Positions 18,939 through 27,129 of a DNA stretch of 64,000 nt are shown here, piece after piece. The notes beneath the pieces were generated by a model. The model saw nothing but the letters and a program-made list of their open reading frames with translations, was not told the origin of the DNA and made no database searches. The stretch's first letter is position 1. Each line of letters starts with the position of its first letter. The position numbers and the translations under genes are program-made. The DNA comes from a virus, in IMG/VR virus record IMGVR_UViG_3300045738_002140, positions 1-64,000 of that record. One strand, given 5' to 3'.

Positions 18939-20252
18939 TTATCTGTTTATTCCGGGCCAGCCGCCAAATGGTAAGTGGTTTCCTCCGGTTGCAGACTTGT
19001 ACGGGTTGCTGGCGCTGTCGCCCGTAAAAGTGCCCGCCGCCCATCTGGCTTTACATCCCTTAAGTGTTTTGGAGCAAGTGTCTGGTGCCCAATATTTTGA
19101 GTTAGGGGGTGGCTCGTTCGAAGGAACACTTGTTGAACTGCATGTCCAGTTTTCGGCGTCGGTGCAATCCCAAAACTTAGCTACATAATAATAATTTATC
19201 CCACCTACGGTTATGTAAACAACTGTCTTGGGGGCGTAGGCTACATTTTTTTGCCAACAACTTGGTTTGCTTGCTGCCGCTCCCGGGCCATAGTAATCAT
19301 CGGAATTTAATCTTTTGTTTCGGACTACCCCTTCGTTTCCTCCCAGCAATTCGTCTTTTTCATTTGCGACTGGGGGAGCTGAATTGGGAAGTTTGGCATT
19401 TTTCCCATGGACCTTTTTCCAGTTGGCTACGGTATTGCATTGGTTGTTGTTGTTGTCGACTCCATATTCGTAGCAACAGCCTTCCCCTCTGTATTGGAAG
19501 GTGCATCTTTTCTCGGCTATAAGTCTTGAGGGAAGAACCATACCGTCTAGTTCAAGAATTGAGGACAGCTCGAATTCTAGGGCTTGTTTATTTTCCATTG
19601 ATTTTCTATCAATAAAATATACATCCCTTGGGAGCTCCGCATAAGAATCAGGGGTATGATCTTCGGGAACGTTGTCTACTTTGGTTTTTGCGGGTTGGAT
19701 AATGTTATCGTCCGCGTCTGTAAAATAAAAATTTTTATTATCTAAATATTTTGCAAATGTTCTTATCCTTGTTACTTTTGCGTTTGAAAGGTCGCCAAGG
19801 TCTTTCATGAGGCCTTTAAATATACTCATAAACTCTACGCCCTGTTCGCTCACCGTGATTGAAAGCTTAGGCCTTGGCAGTGTTCCTTTTGAACTCACTT
19901 CGAAGCCTGTCGCCATAATGGGTGCGGCAATGTATTTTCTTTGATTAGTTCCGCACCTTAGGTTCGGGTTTGACGACGTTGGGCAGGGCTCTGCTCCCCA
20001 CCATATTTCCGGAGCAAGGGTTGCTCCAGACCCGACCATAGCTTTCATCGTGTTTATGTTATTGTGAAAATAAAATTTCATATCTGGAATGCTTGAGAAG
20101 TCTGTCCCTAGGCGAATATTTTTAGCTAAAGTCTCATCGATGGCTATCTCAGAAAGATCTATTTCAAACAAAGTAATCAGGGGAGACTGTAGGAGCCTTG
20201 AGGCTTCTTCCTGTACCCTTTTCGTTGATGTTCTGGCTTGTTCTTTATTCAT
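18939..20252 (-). CDS. Minor tail protein, lambda gpL-like
   Basis: LITLFEIDL, GFE....GTLPRPKL, KVTRIRTFAKYLD..NF, FELSS, Fe-S cysteines CTFQYRGEGC...DTCSKTLKGCKARW, LPFGGWPG. Confidence 0.92.
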   Translation of the reverse strand: MNKEQARTSTKRVQEEASRLLQSPLITLFEIDLSEIAIDETLAKNIRLGTDFSSIPDMKFYFHNNINTMKAMVGSGATLAPEIWWGAEPCPTSSNPNLRCGTNQRKYIAAPIMATGFEVSSKGTLPRPKLSITVSEQGVEFMSIFKGLMKDLGDLSNAKVTRIRTFAKYLDNKNFYFTDADDNIIQPAKTKVDNVPEDHTPDSYAELPRDVYFIDRKSMENKQALEFELSSILELDGMVLPSRLIAEKRCTFQYRGEGCCYEYGVDNNNNQCNTVANWKKVHGKNAKLPNSAPPVANEKDELLGGNEGVVRNKRLNSDDYYGPGAAASKPSCWQKNVAYAPKTVVYITVGGINYYYVAKFWDCTDAENWTCSSTSVPSNEPPPNSKYWAPDTCSKTLKGCKARWAAGTFTGDSASNPYKSATGGNHLPFGGWPGINR

Positions 20253-20836
20253 TATTTAATATAAAAGTTAGCTTTCTCTTCAAACGACGCTGAGACAGTA
20301 TAATCATTATAAAAATTATAAGAAGATGACCAGCTTTTGCACACAAAAACTCTAGGCGGCGCATAATCTGCACCACTTGCCACGTCTTCGACCTCCGGCG
20401 TATCAAATGGGGCAGGGACGGCAAACAGGAAAGGGCTTACCCCTTTTCTCGCGTGCAGAAAATGAAGTATCGCGGTTGATTCGTCGATGCCCCTTTTGTC
20501 AAATTTTAAGTCAAGCGTTATGAGTTTGTCGTTTAATCCGTCCTTTATTCTTTGTTCTACCCCTCTCCCTCCGTACTGCTGGGTCCTCGTCCTTGGCTCT
20601 AGCCTTACCGAAGAGTCGTATGATGGTGTCCATAGAAACTTTGGAAACAATGTACTGTGTGATGTTCTAACCATTCCTTTCCAGTAGTCGGAGGTTTCTG
20701 TCGGCACGCATGATTCGCAATTAAGAAGGTACGTGTATGACATGTACCAATAATGTCCAGCATGCGAAACTATATCATGAGGCTTATAGTTCCTGTTGCT
20801 GTCCCAGCCTTCTATGTTATATATTGAAGATGACAT
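20252..20836 (-). CDS. Minor tail protein, lambda gpM-like, with an N-terminal CBM5/12-like module
   Basis: FLWTPSY...QQYGG..EQRIKDGLN...LKFDKR..DESTAILHFL..RKG...F; N-terminal WDSNRNYKPHDIVSHAGHYW. Confidence 0.85.
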   Translation of the reverse strand: MSSSIYNIEGWDSNRNYKPHDIVSHAGHYWYMSYTYLLNCESCVPTETSDYWKGMVRTSHSTLFPKFLWTPSYDSSVRLEPRTRTQQYGGRGVEQRIKDGLNDKLITLDLKFDKRGIDESTAILHFLHARKGVSPFLFAVPAPFDTPEVEDVASGADYAPPRVFVCKSWSSSYNFYNDYTVSASFEEKANFYIK

Positions 20837-21384
20837 TATGACACCACCTCCTCAAAAGATGCTGATATGGAATGATTATCATGAAAAACAAAAGTACTAT
20901 CCCAGCTTCTACATATAAAAAGTCTATTGGATGAATATGGAACGGGCGCTCTGTAAACAAAGGATTCTGTGGCGTTCCTTTGGTCCAGAAAATGAAGTAT
21001 TGCCGCCGCCTCCCTTTCGTTCCTGTCGTCAAACTTAAGATTTATTTTAATGGTTAAATTGTTTATTCCTTCTGGAGAGGTCTGTTCATAGCCATCTCCG
21101 AATTGTATGGTATTTATTTTCGGCTCAGAGTTTACCACGGCAGAATACGATGGGTTCCAAGAAAAGTCTGGTTTAGTGAGGGAGTTGTGGGTCGTATATC
21201 CGCCCCATACTGCTTGCTGCGAGTTGCCGGGCGTGGGGGCGTATGTGTTATCTGGCCCTGTATAATAAAAATAACGACCACTGTCTTGTTCTGCGCCCCC
21301 ACAGGGCCCACAGACCACTATGTCATTTTTTACGTAGCTGCTTGAGCCTGCTACAAAATTGTCTATGTCATATATCGAAGCCAT
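20836..21384 (-). CDS. Minor tail protein, lambda gpM-like (second paralog)
   Basis: FSWNPSY...IQFGDGYEQTSPEGIN...EAAAILHFLDQR...SASFEEV. Start MASIYD at 21384 follows the AAGGAAAAAGGA RBS. Confidence 0.88.
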   Translation of the reverse strand: MASIYDIDNFVAGSSSYVKNDIVVCGPCGGAEQDSGRYFYYTGPDNTYAPTPGNSQQAVWGGYTTHNSLTKPDFSWNPSYSAVVNSEPKINTIQFGDGYEQTSPEGINNLTIKINLKFDDRNEREAAAILHFLDQRNATESFVYRAPVPYSSNRLFICRSWDSTFVFHDNHSISASFEEVVS

Positions 21385-21410
21385 ATTCCTTTTTCCTTTC
21401 TTGTTTACAC
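21385..21410 (-). promoter_or_regulatory. GTGTAA motif plus AAGGAAAAAGGA RBS heading the tail-tip operon
   Basis: Minus strand reads GTGTAAACAAGA-AAGGAAAAAGGA-AT-ATG. Confidence 0.6.
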
Positions 21411-21415
21411 TTTTA

Positions 21416-21444
21416 TTGGCTTTAGCAATGAAAAACAATATAAT
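21416..21444 (+). promoter_or_regulatory. sigma70-like promoter, probably leaderless, for the GT2 gene
   Basis: TTGGCT-17-TATAAT-6 nt-ATG(21451). Confidence 0.6.
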
Positions 21445-21450
21445 ATTCAA

Positions 21451-22269
21451 ATGGCCCACACGTTCAAAAAGCCAAAAAAACCAATAGAAAGCCTTTTGGA
21501 AAGGCTCGAAAAGTTTAAAAAACTAAACATAAAAGCAGAGAAAAAACACTGGTCTTCTCGCGGGTTTCAGGTCGTTATCTCCGCTTACAATGCTGAGCCT
21601 TATCTTTCGAAAGCCCTGCTAAGCATAGAGAGGTGCATGTCTGGGCAAAATTGGGTTCTGTTGTTTGGGAATGACGCTTGCGAGGACTCGACAATGGAAA
21701 TAGTAAATGACTTTAGGTCTTATTGTAGCGCTAGTGTATTCGAGGCACATTCATTCAAAAAGGCTAAGAATGTTGCACAAGCAAAGAACAGAATAATCAA
21801 ACAAATCAACGACTACAGAGACAAATATCCAGCGATATTACTCTGCGATGCTGACGATATAGTTTGTGAAGATCGAGCCGAAGGCCTCCTAAACGAAGCC
21901 TTCGAAAAAAACAGCAAGTTTATGGTTGGGGACTGGATAGAAGAGCATGAGGGGGAAGAAAAAGAAGTCTATCATGAAGCCATTCGAAACACCAAGACGA
22001 TAAAGTTTGGGCCTTGGTCAACGCTTATACACGAAAGCCTTATCCCTGAGGATGGGCTATTTTTTTATGAGGGAATAGACGCTCACGAAGACCTTCTCTT
22101 GTGGTATGAGCTAAAAAAAGCAGAAGTAAAAATGGGATCGGCCAATGGGGTTTTGTCCTGTAGGTATATAAGAAGAATAGGTAGCGTCTCTTGCCCCAAA
22201 GATAAGGGTAAAAAAAACAAAATATGGGAAGATTACACTAGGTTGAGAGGGGAAGTGTACAAGCTGTAG
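21451..22269 (+). CDS. Glycosyltransferase family 2
   Basis: VVISAYNAEPYL...NDACEDST...AKN...CDADD. Confidence 0.85.
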   Translation: MAHTFKKPKKPIESLLERLEKFKKLNIKAEKKHWSSRGFQVVISAYNAEPYLSKALLSIERCMSGQNWVLLFGNDACEDSTMEIVNDFRSYCSASVFEAHSFKKAKNVAQAKNRIIKQINDYRDKYPAILLCDADDIVCEDRAEGLLNEAFEKNSKFMVGDWIEEHEGEEKEVYHEAIRNTKTIKFGPWSTLIHESLIPEDGLFFYEGIDAHEDLLLWYELKKAEVKMGSANGVLSCRYIRRIGSVSCPKDKGKKNKIWEDYTRLRGEVYKL

Positions 22270-22296
22270 TGTAATTAAGCATAAGGAAAAAGGATA
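22269..22296 (+). promoter_or_regulatory. GTGTAATTA motif plus AAGGAAAAAGGA RBS heading the fibre operon
   Basis: GTGTAATTAAGCAT-AAGGAAAAAGGA-TA-ATG. Confidence 0.6.
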
Positions 22297-23607
22297 ATGT
22301 CATTCGAACCAGTAGATAAGCCGCCCAAAAAGTATTTAGAGGCAAGGAATATCCCGGTGCTTTTTGCCCCAAGCTATCTTTATCTTCACAGAGACACGTG
22401 GGTCTACCCGGATCCCACCCTTGGTCTTGAGTTTGATTCGACCGGCGGTGATGTGGTGTGGAGGGCTGAATCCATTCTGGCAAACTCTGTAGAAATCTCG
22501 TCTTCTACTTCGCTCAGCAACAAATATATTACCGAACGTAGGCCGGGACAGGGGACTAGCGCTAAACGTTCTGCCGAGGGAAAGATACAATTAAATTACT
22601 ACCTGACCGGAGTGGACCCACTCAAGAGATACTATTTTGATCAAGAAACAGAAGCTCTCCGAGGCACGCATGGTGACGCTTCTGTTATGAAAAATCTAAA
22701 ACTAGGAGGCGAAGGGTACCACCCCAACATGATTTTCAAGATAGGAGAAAACGTAATCAGAAGTGGGTACCTTTCTTCCTATTCGATGACCGCAAAACCA
22801 AACCAGCCCATATCTGTAAATGCAAGTATTTCTTTTTTTCACGGCTTGGATATCGTTTCTCCCAATTCAGTAAATCCATTTCCGGAGCATTACTGGATAA
22901 CTTCAAATCCAGACCAGATAAGATATTTAAGTTACGACGACGTGACAATAGAAACCACCTCTCCCCACCCCATTTCCATTGACAACATATTAAGTCTAAG
23001 TTATTCTTTTGAGTCTACGATAACCCCCTCTATAGAAATAGGACAACTTTTTCCAAACGAGATAAGATACGGCGAGAAAAAAATATCAATGGATATAAAA
23101 ACGCACGCCACAGGAATACATCTCGCTCATTCTGGCGAAGCAGCTAACCTTAGGATGAAAACCCACCACCCCGATCCAGACCATGACCATACTGTGGGTA
23201 TAGCACAAGGTAACCTTAAGGATTATTATGATTTATTTGAAGTGGATGGCGTCATAACTTCAAAAAAAATTGATATACAGGCTCATGGCGAAGCCGAGGG
23301 GAGCATAACTCTATCACAAGATACAGTCGGGGAGGCCCCTTCTCTTTCGTACTGGGCTAACACCGGGTCGCAATCAGCTGTTTACCCGGGAGAATATTTT
23401 CATATTTGGGGCAAGAATTTAGAGAACATAACGGACATAGAAATTCAAGGGCGAAACGCTGAGATAAGTGGTGTTCACACCTCTGATCATATTTTTTATG
23501 TGAAGGTCCCAGACGATTCGTTTGGCGCGCAGAAAATAATTGCTTATAGCATAGGCGGCACATCTAACATCCTAAATTTTTATATAACTCCTAGGCCTAT
23601 ATCATGA
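22297..23607 (+). CDS. Putative tail structural protein (beta-rich, C-terminal IPT/Ig-like domain)
   Basis: Alternating beta-strand pattern; C-terminal PGEYFHIWGKNLENITDIEI...VKVP; first gene of the fibre operon. Confidence 0.5.
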   Translation: MSFEPVDKPPKKYLEARNIPVLFAPSYLYLHRDTWVYPDPTLGLEFDSTGGDVVWRAESILANSVEISSSTSLSNKYITERRPGQGTSAKRSAEGKIQLNYYLTGVDPLKRYYFDQETEALRGTHGDASVMKNLKLGGEGYHPNMIFKIGENVIRSGYLSSYSMTAKPNQPISVNASISFFHGLDIVSPNSVNPFPEHYWITSNPDQIRYLSYDDVTIETTSPHPISIDNILSLSYSFESTITPSIEIGQLFPNEIRYGEKKISMDIKTHATGIHLAHSGEAANLRMKTHHPDPDHDHTVGIAQGNLKDYYDLFEVDGVITSKKIDIQAHGEAEGSITLSQDTVGEAPSLSYWANTGSQSAVYPGEYFHIWGKNLENITDIEIQGRNAEISGVHTSDHIFYVKVPDDSFGAQKIIAYSIGGTSNILNFYITPRPIS

Positions 23608-25187
23608 TTGGATTCGACACAAATACAGGAAATATAGGTGACCGGATATCCATAACTGGAAATAATTTGATTAATATAACTAGGGTTTTGTTTTCGTCTA
23701 CGGAATCTAATTTTGAATCAATAGATAAAAATTTAATTTATGCAACTGTCCCAAAGGGCGCTGCTTGGGGTTATTCTTGGGTTATCAATGATAATGTATT
23801 AACATATGAATCTGGAAATGCGAGCGGTGTTTCTGGCTCTATTACTACAGGAATAAGCGGTCAAAGCTCAGAAAAATTTGCGCCAGCACCCGTCATAAGC
23901 TTCTTCTATCCTGTGGTAGGAATCTCTGGGGAAACCGTAGAGATCACTGGGGATTCATTGTCGGGTATAACGGGCGCATCCATAAACAATATAAGTTGCG
24001 GCTTCGCGGTGTCTTCGAACTCTGGGGTGTCATTGACTGTCCCCTCTGGCAATACCTACGGACCCATAACTCTGTCTGGACAGTCTGGGCTGAGTCATTC
24101 TACGGTAGGGTATTTTTCTCCTGAAGTAAAAATGACTGGGTTTAGTTTAGAGAGCGGAAACACTGGGGACTCTTTGGGAATATATGGGCAATACTTTTTT
24201 GATGAATTAATTTCTGGTTTCCATGATACAGGAAACATGTATGAATTATATGTCGCCGATGGAGATTCTTCTGGTGCGGGAGATAAGTATTATATACGGC
24301 AAAGTGGATACCTCACAGGGTCTGGCCATCTTGCCCCGAACATTACCCTTTACAGGAATCAAGATTATTATTTTGGCACGCTTCACCCTTCTAATTCTGG
24401 GTATAGTTTTAGTGTTTCTCATTTTGTGGATGGAATACATCAGGTCCCCGGGTTTACTTCAAATTATTCTGGCTTTTCCCACTATGAAGGCGCTATAAAG
24501 CTGACTTTGTATAATGACGCTCCGGATATTTTATATTATTATGATAGTAACTATACTGGAATGGGCGGAAGCGGGTATTTCAGAATTATGGACCCAAACG
24601 GATTTTCAGTTTTCTTCAATAAGAATGATAAGTCGGAAGTTTATTCTCAATTTTTAAAAACAAACAACACAACTTTATCTGGATCTATTCCGATGGGGGC
24701 AAGGACTGGTCCAGTCTACGTTGAAAAACATAAGGGCATTGGAGAGGGCATTTTTTATTCTACTGGAATTTTTGTTGTAAATCAAGGGCTACCAGAGATA
24801 TATAATAGAAATACCATTACCGGTAGACCAGCTGACGCTTATTATGGCGGGACTAGGATAGCTGTAAGCGGGAGAAACATATCTAACAGCACTGGGATAA
24901 GGCTAATAGGGAGCGAAGTGGCAATCTATCCGGGGACGGGACAGCCAAACCCGTATGAAAATGAGGGCACTTTTTTGGGGGGAGACTCTTTTGGGAATGA
25001 TGTTATTTCTTTTGATTTGCCGACCGCAGACAATTTCCCTCACGACAGTACGCCGGCTTCTCCAGCTAGACTTTATGGGGTACAGGTAGAAACGCCTATA
25101 GGGAATGCGCTTTGGGAGGACGCTTTATTTATTATGAAGGACCCCATAAATCAAGGATCAGGATTAGGGGAGATAGGATTTTTATAA
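23604..25187 (+). CDS. IPT/TIG-repeat virion (tail fibre/appendage) protein
   Basis: Repeated G..G..V.ITG..L...T.V.......VP.G...GPI units; Ser/Thr-Gly rich. Confidence 0.65.
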   Translation: MIGFDTNTGNIGDRISITGNNLINITRVLFSSTESNFESIDKNLIYATVPKGAAWGYSWVINDNVLTYESGNASGVSGSITTGISGQSSEKFAPAPVISFFYPVVGISGETVEITGDSLSGITGASINNISCGFAVSSNSGVSLTVPSGNTYGPITLSGQSGLSHSTVGYFSPEVKMTGFSLESGNTGDSLGIYGQYFFDELISGFHDTGNMYELYVADGDSSGAGDKYYIRQSGYLTGSGHLAPNITLYRNQDYYFGTLHPSNSGYSFSVSHFVDGIHQVPGFTSNYSGFSHYEGAIKLTLYNDAPDILYYYDSNYTGMGGSGYFRIMDPNGFSVFFNKNDKSEVYSQFLKTNNTTLSGSIPMGARTGPVYVEKHKGIGEGIFYSTGIFVVNQGLPEIYNRNTITGRPADAYYGGTRIAVSGRNISNSTGIRLIGSEVAIYPGTGQPNPYENEGTFLGGDSFGNDVISFDLPTADNFPHDSTPASPARLYGVQVETPIGNALWEDALFIMKDPINQGSGLGEIGFL

Positions 25188-25188
25188 C

Positions 25189-27126
25189 ATGGCATTAAAA
25201 AGTGGAATAGCTGGAGATAAGGTGACCGTTACTGGGTCGGGAATATATAATCACCCTGACGTAGCTATATATTTTAACTCTATATTGGGTGGCAAGGCCA
25301 ACGTGGTATCTGGATCTCTTAGTAATACGCACGACTCCGTAGACCTCCTGATTCCCAATAACCTACCTAGGGACAACACACTCATATTATATAATGGGGT
25401 AAATTATGCTTCTGGAACGGGGTTTAGATTCATAGATGTTCCTAACATATCTAGCTTTGGTCCGCAAACAGGCGCATACTGGGGAGAGTCAGCAAGCATA
25501 AGTGGTTCAAATTTTATCAATGTATCTAAAATAAAAATATCCGAACAAGAAGTGACAAACTTTTCTGTACAAGGAGAAACCGGTGCAAGCTTTATAATTC
25601 CACCGGGAACAAATTCTGGACCGATATCAATTTTCGCTACCGGAGGGTCAGACAGTACATTAAGCGGGCAGTCTGGGGTAGGCTTTACCGGCTTCCTTGA
25701 CGTAAGGACTCCGCCAACACTTATTCATGGGTTTTCTCCTGAGTTTGGCAATCCGGGCACAACCGTGTTTGTGTCTGGTATTTCATTGCATGACACAAGC
25801 AAAATAGAATTTAGTGGAAGAGGGGGTCTGCCGGTGTTTTTGAATAATCCGATAAGCTCTGGAAATACATCTTCTCCTACGAGTGCGTTTACTGGCATAG
25901 AGACTACAGGGATTATATTTAATATACCGCATGATATTAAAGCTAAAGAAAAATTTAAGTTACTAAATATAACCGGAGGACAAATACACGAAGAAACTCA
26001 ATCGCCTAATGTTTTGCATTCTGTGTATACGGGAATAGATATTATTTCTCCGACCTCTGGAAAATACCAAGACATCATAAGCGTGTCTGGTACAGAGTTA
26101 ACCGGCGTCGAGTTCTTGTTCAAGGGGTATTGGCCGTTTACTGGAGAAAGCACATATATTGCTGCTACAGAAAAAACCTTTGTCGACGGAACGGGCGCTT
26201 ATATAAAAGTCCCAAGAGAAATTTGTTTTTCTCCTATATTAATAAGCGGAGAAAATGTATTAGAAGAATCCAATCAAAATTTTCAACCACTGCCCACCAT
26301 ATCAGGGATAGAAGTGAGCAGTTTGATAGTGGGAGAAGTCTTTCGTCTTACTGGGGTAAACGCCGGTCAAGCCGCCCCATTACTGGGGGTAACTGGGAAT
26401 TCTTTAAATGGAAAGAATTTAAGTTTTTCTTCACACCAAAAAGACGTTACAGTTAACTATGAATTTAATGGAGCTCCAACCGGAAGCCGATTAGGAACAA
26501 GGGGCGAACCGTATAGCGACCACTTCGGAAACATAGGAATAGATATATCTATGATTACGGGGGATTATCCTAATAGTGTGGCCACGGGGCTAACTATAAT
26601 AACGGGAATTATAAACAATACATTTATTGGATCAGGTTTTCCGTTTTTAGTACCCGATAATCAAATATTTTCGAGAGATTTTCATCAAGGAAATTCCAGC
26701 ATTCGCACGTATCGTCCCCCTGCCTACGGAGATGCAGGTCAGTCTTTTAAGATAGAGGCCTTTATTAAGGATATTGCTTCAAGACCTTTTTTTGGAATTT
26801 TGGAAAATATAACAGGGGAAGCTATAGAAATATCGGGAAGGGCACCAGAAATAAGTGGCATAACCCCTCTCGCAGGGAACGAAAATACCCTCATAAGCAT
26901 AAAGGGGAGCTACTTTAATAATGCTACGGGGGTAAAAATTACATCAAATTCAAATGAATGTATTGTTTCTTCTGGGCAATGGGTAAGTGGAATAAAAAGA
27001 ACCAACCCCCACAATTACGAATTTACTCACGATTATATCAACTACATAGGAATCAACTTTTGCACAGGCTTCTCTCTAGGAACATCTGGAGCAATAACAA
27101 TTTTAGATTATCATCATAAGGCTTAG
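25189..27126 (+). CDS. IPT/TIG-repeat virion (tail fibre/appendage) protein
   Basis: PNISSFGPQTG..G....ISGSNF, GFSPEFGNPGTTVFVSG, PEISGITPLAG......IKGSYFNNATGV. Confidence 0.68.
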   Translation: MALKSGIAGDKVTVTGSGIYNHPDVAIYFNSILGGKANVVSGSLSNTHDSVDLLIPNNLPRDNTLILYNGVNYASGTGFRFIDVPNISSFGPQTGAYWGESASISGSNFINVSKIKISEQEVTNFSVQGETGASFIIPPGTNSGPISIFATGGSDSTLSGQSGVGFTGFLDVRTPPTLIHGFSPEFGNPGTTVFVSGISLHDTSKIEFSGRGGLPVFLNNPISSGNTSSPTSAFTGIETTGIIFNIPHDIKAKEKFKLLNITGGQIHEETQSPNVLHSVYTGIDIISPTSGKYQDIISVSGTELTGVEFLFKGYWPFTGESTYIAATEKTFVDGTGAYIKVPREICFSPILISGENVLEESNQNFQPLPTISGIEVSSLIVGEVFRLTGVNAGQAAPLLGVTGNSLNGKNLSFSSHQKDVTVNYEFNGAPTGSRLGTRGEPYSDHFGNIGIDISMITGDYPNSVATGLTIITGIINNTFIGSGFPFLVPDNQIFSRDFHQGNSSIRTYRPPAYGDAGQSFKIEAFIKDIASRPFFGILENITGEAIEISGRAPEISGITPLAGNENTLISIKGSYFNNATGVKITSNSNECIVSSGQWVSGIKRTNPHNYEFTHDYINYIGINFCTGFSLGTSGAITILDYHHKA

Positions 27127-27129
27127 ATC

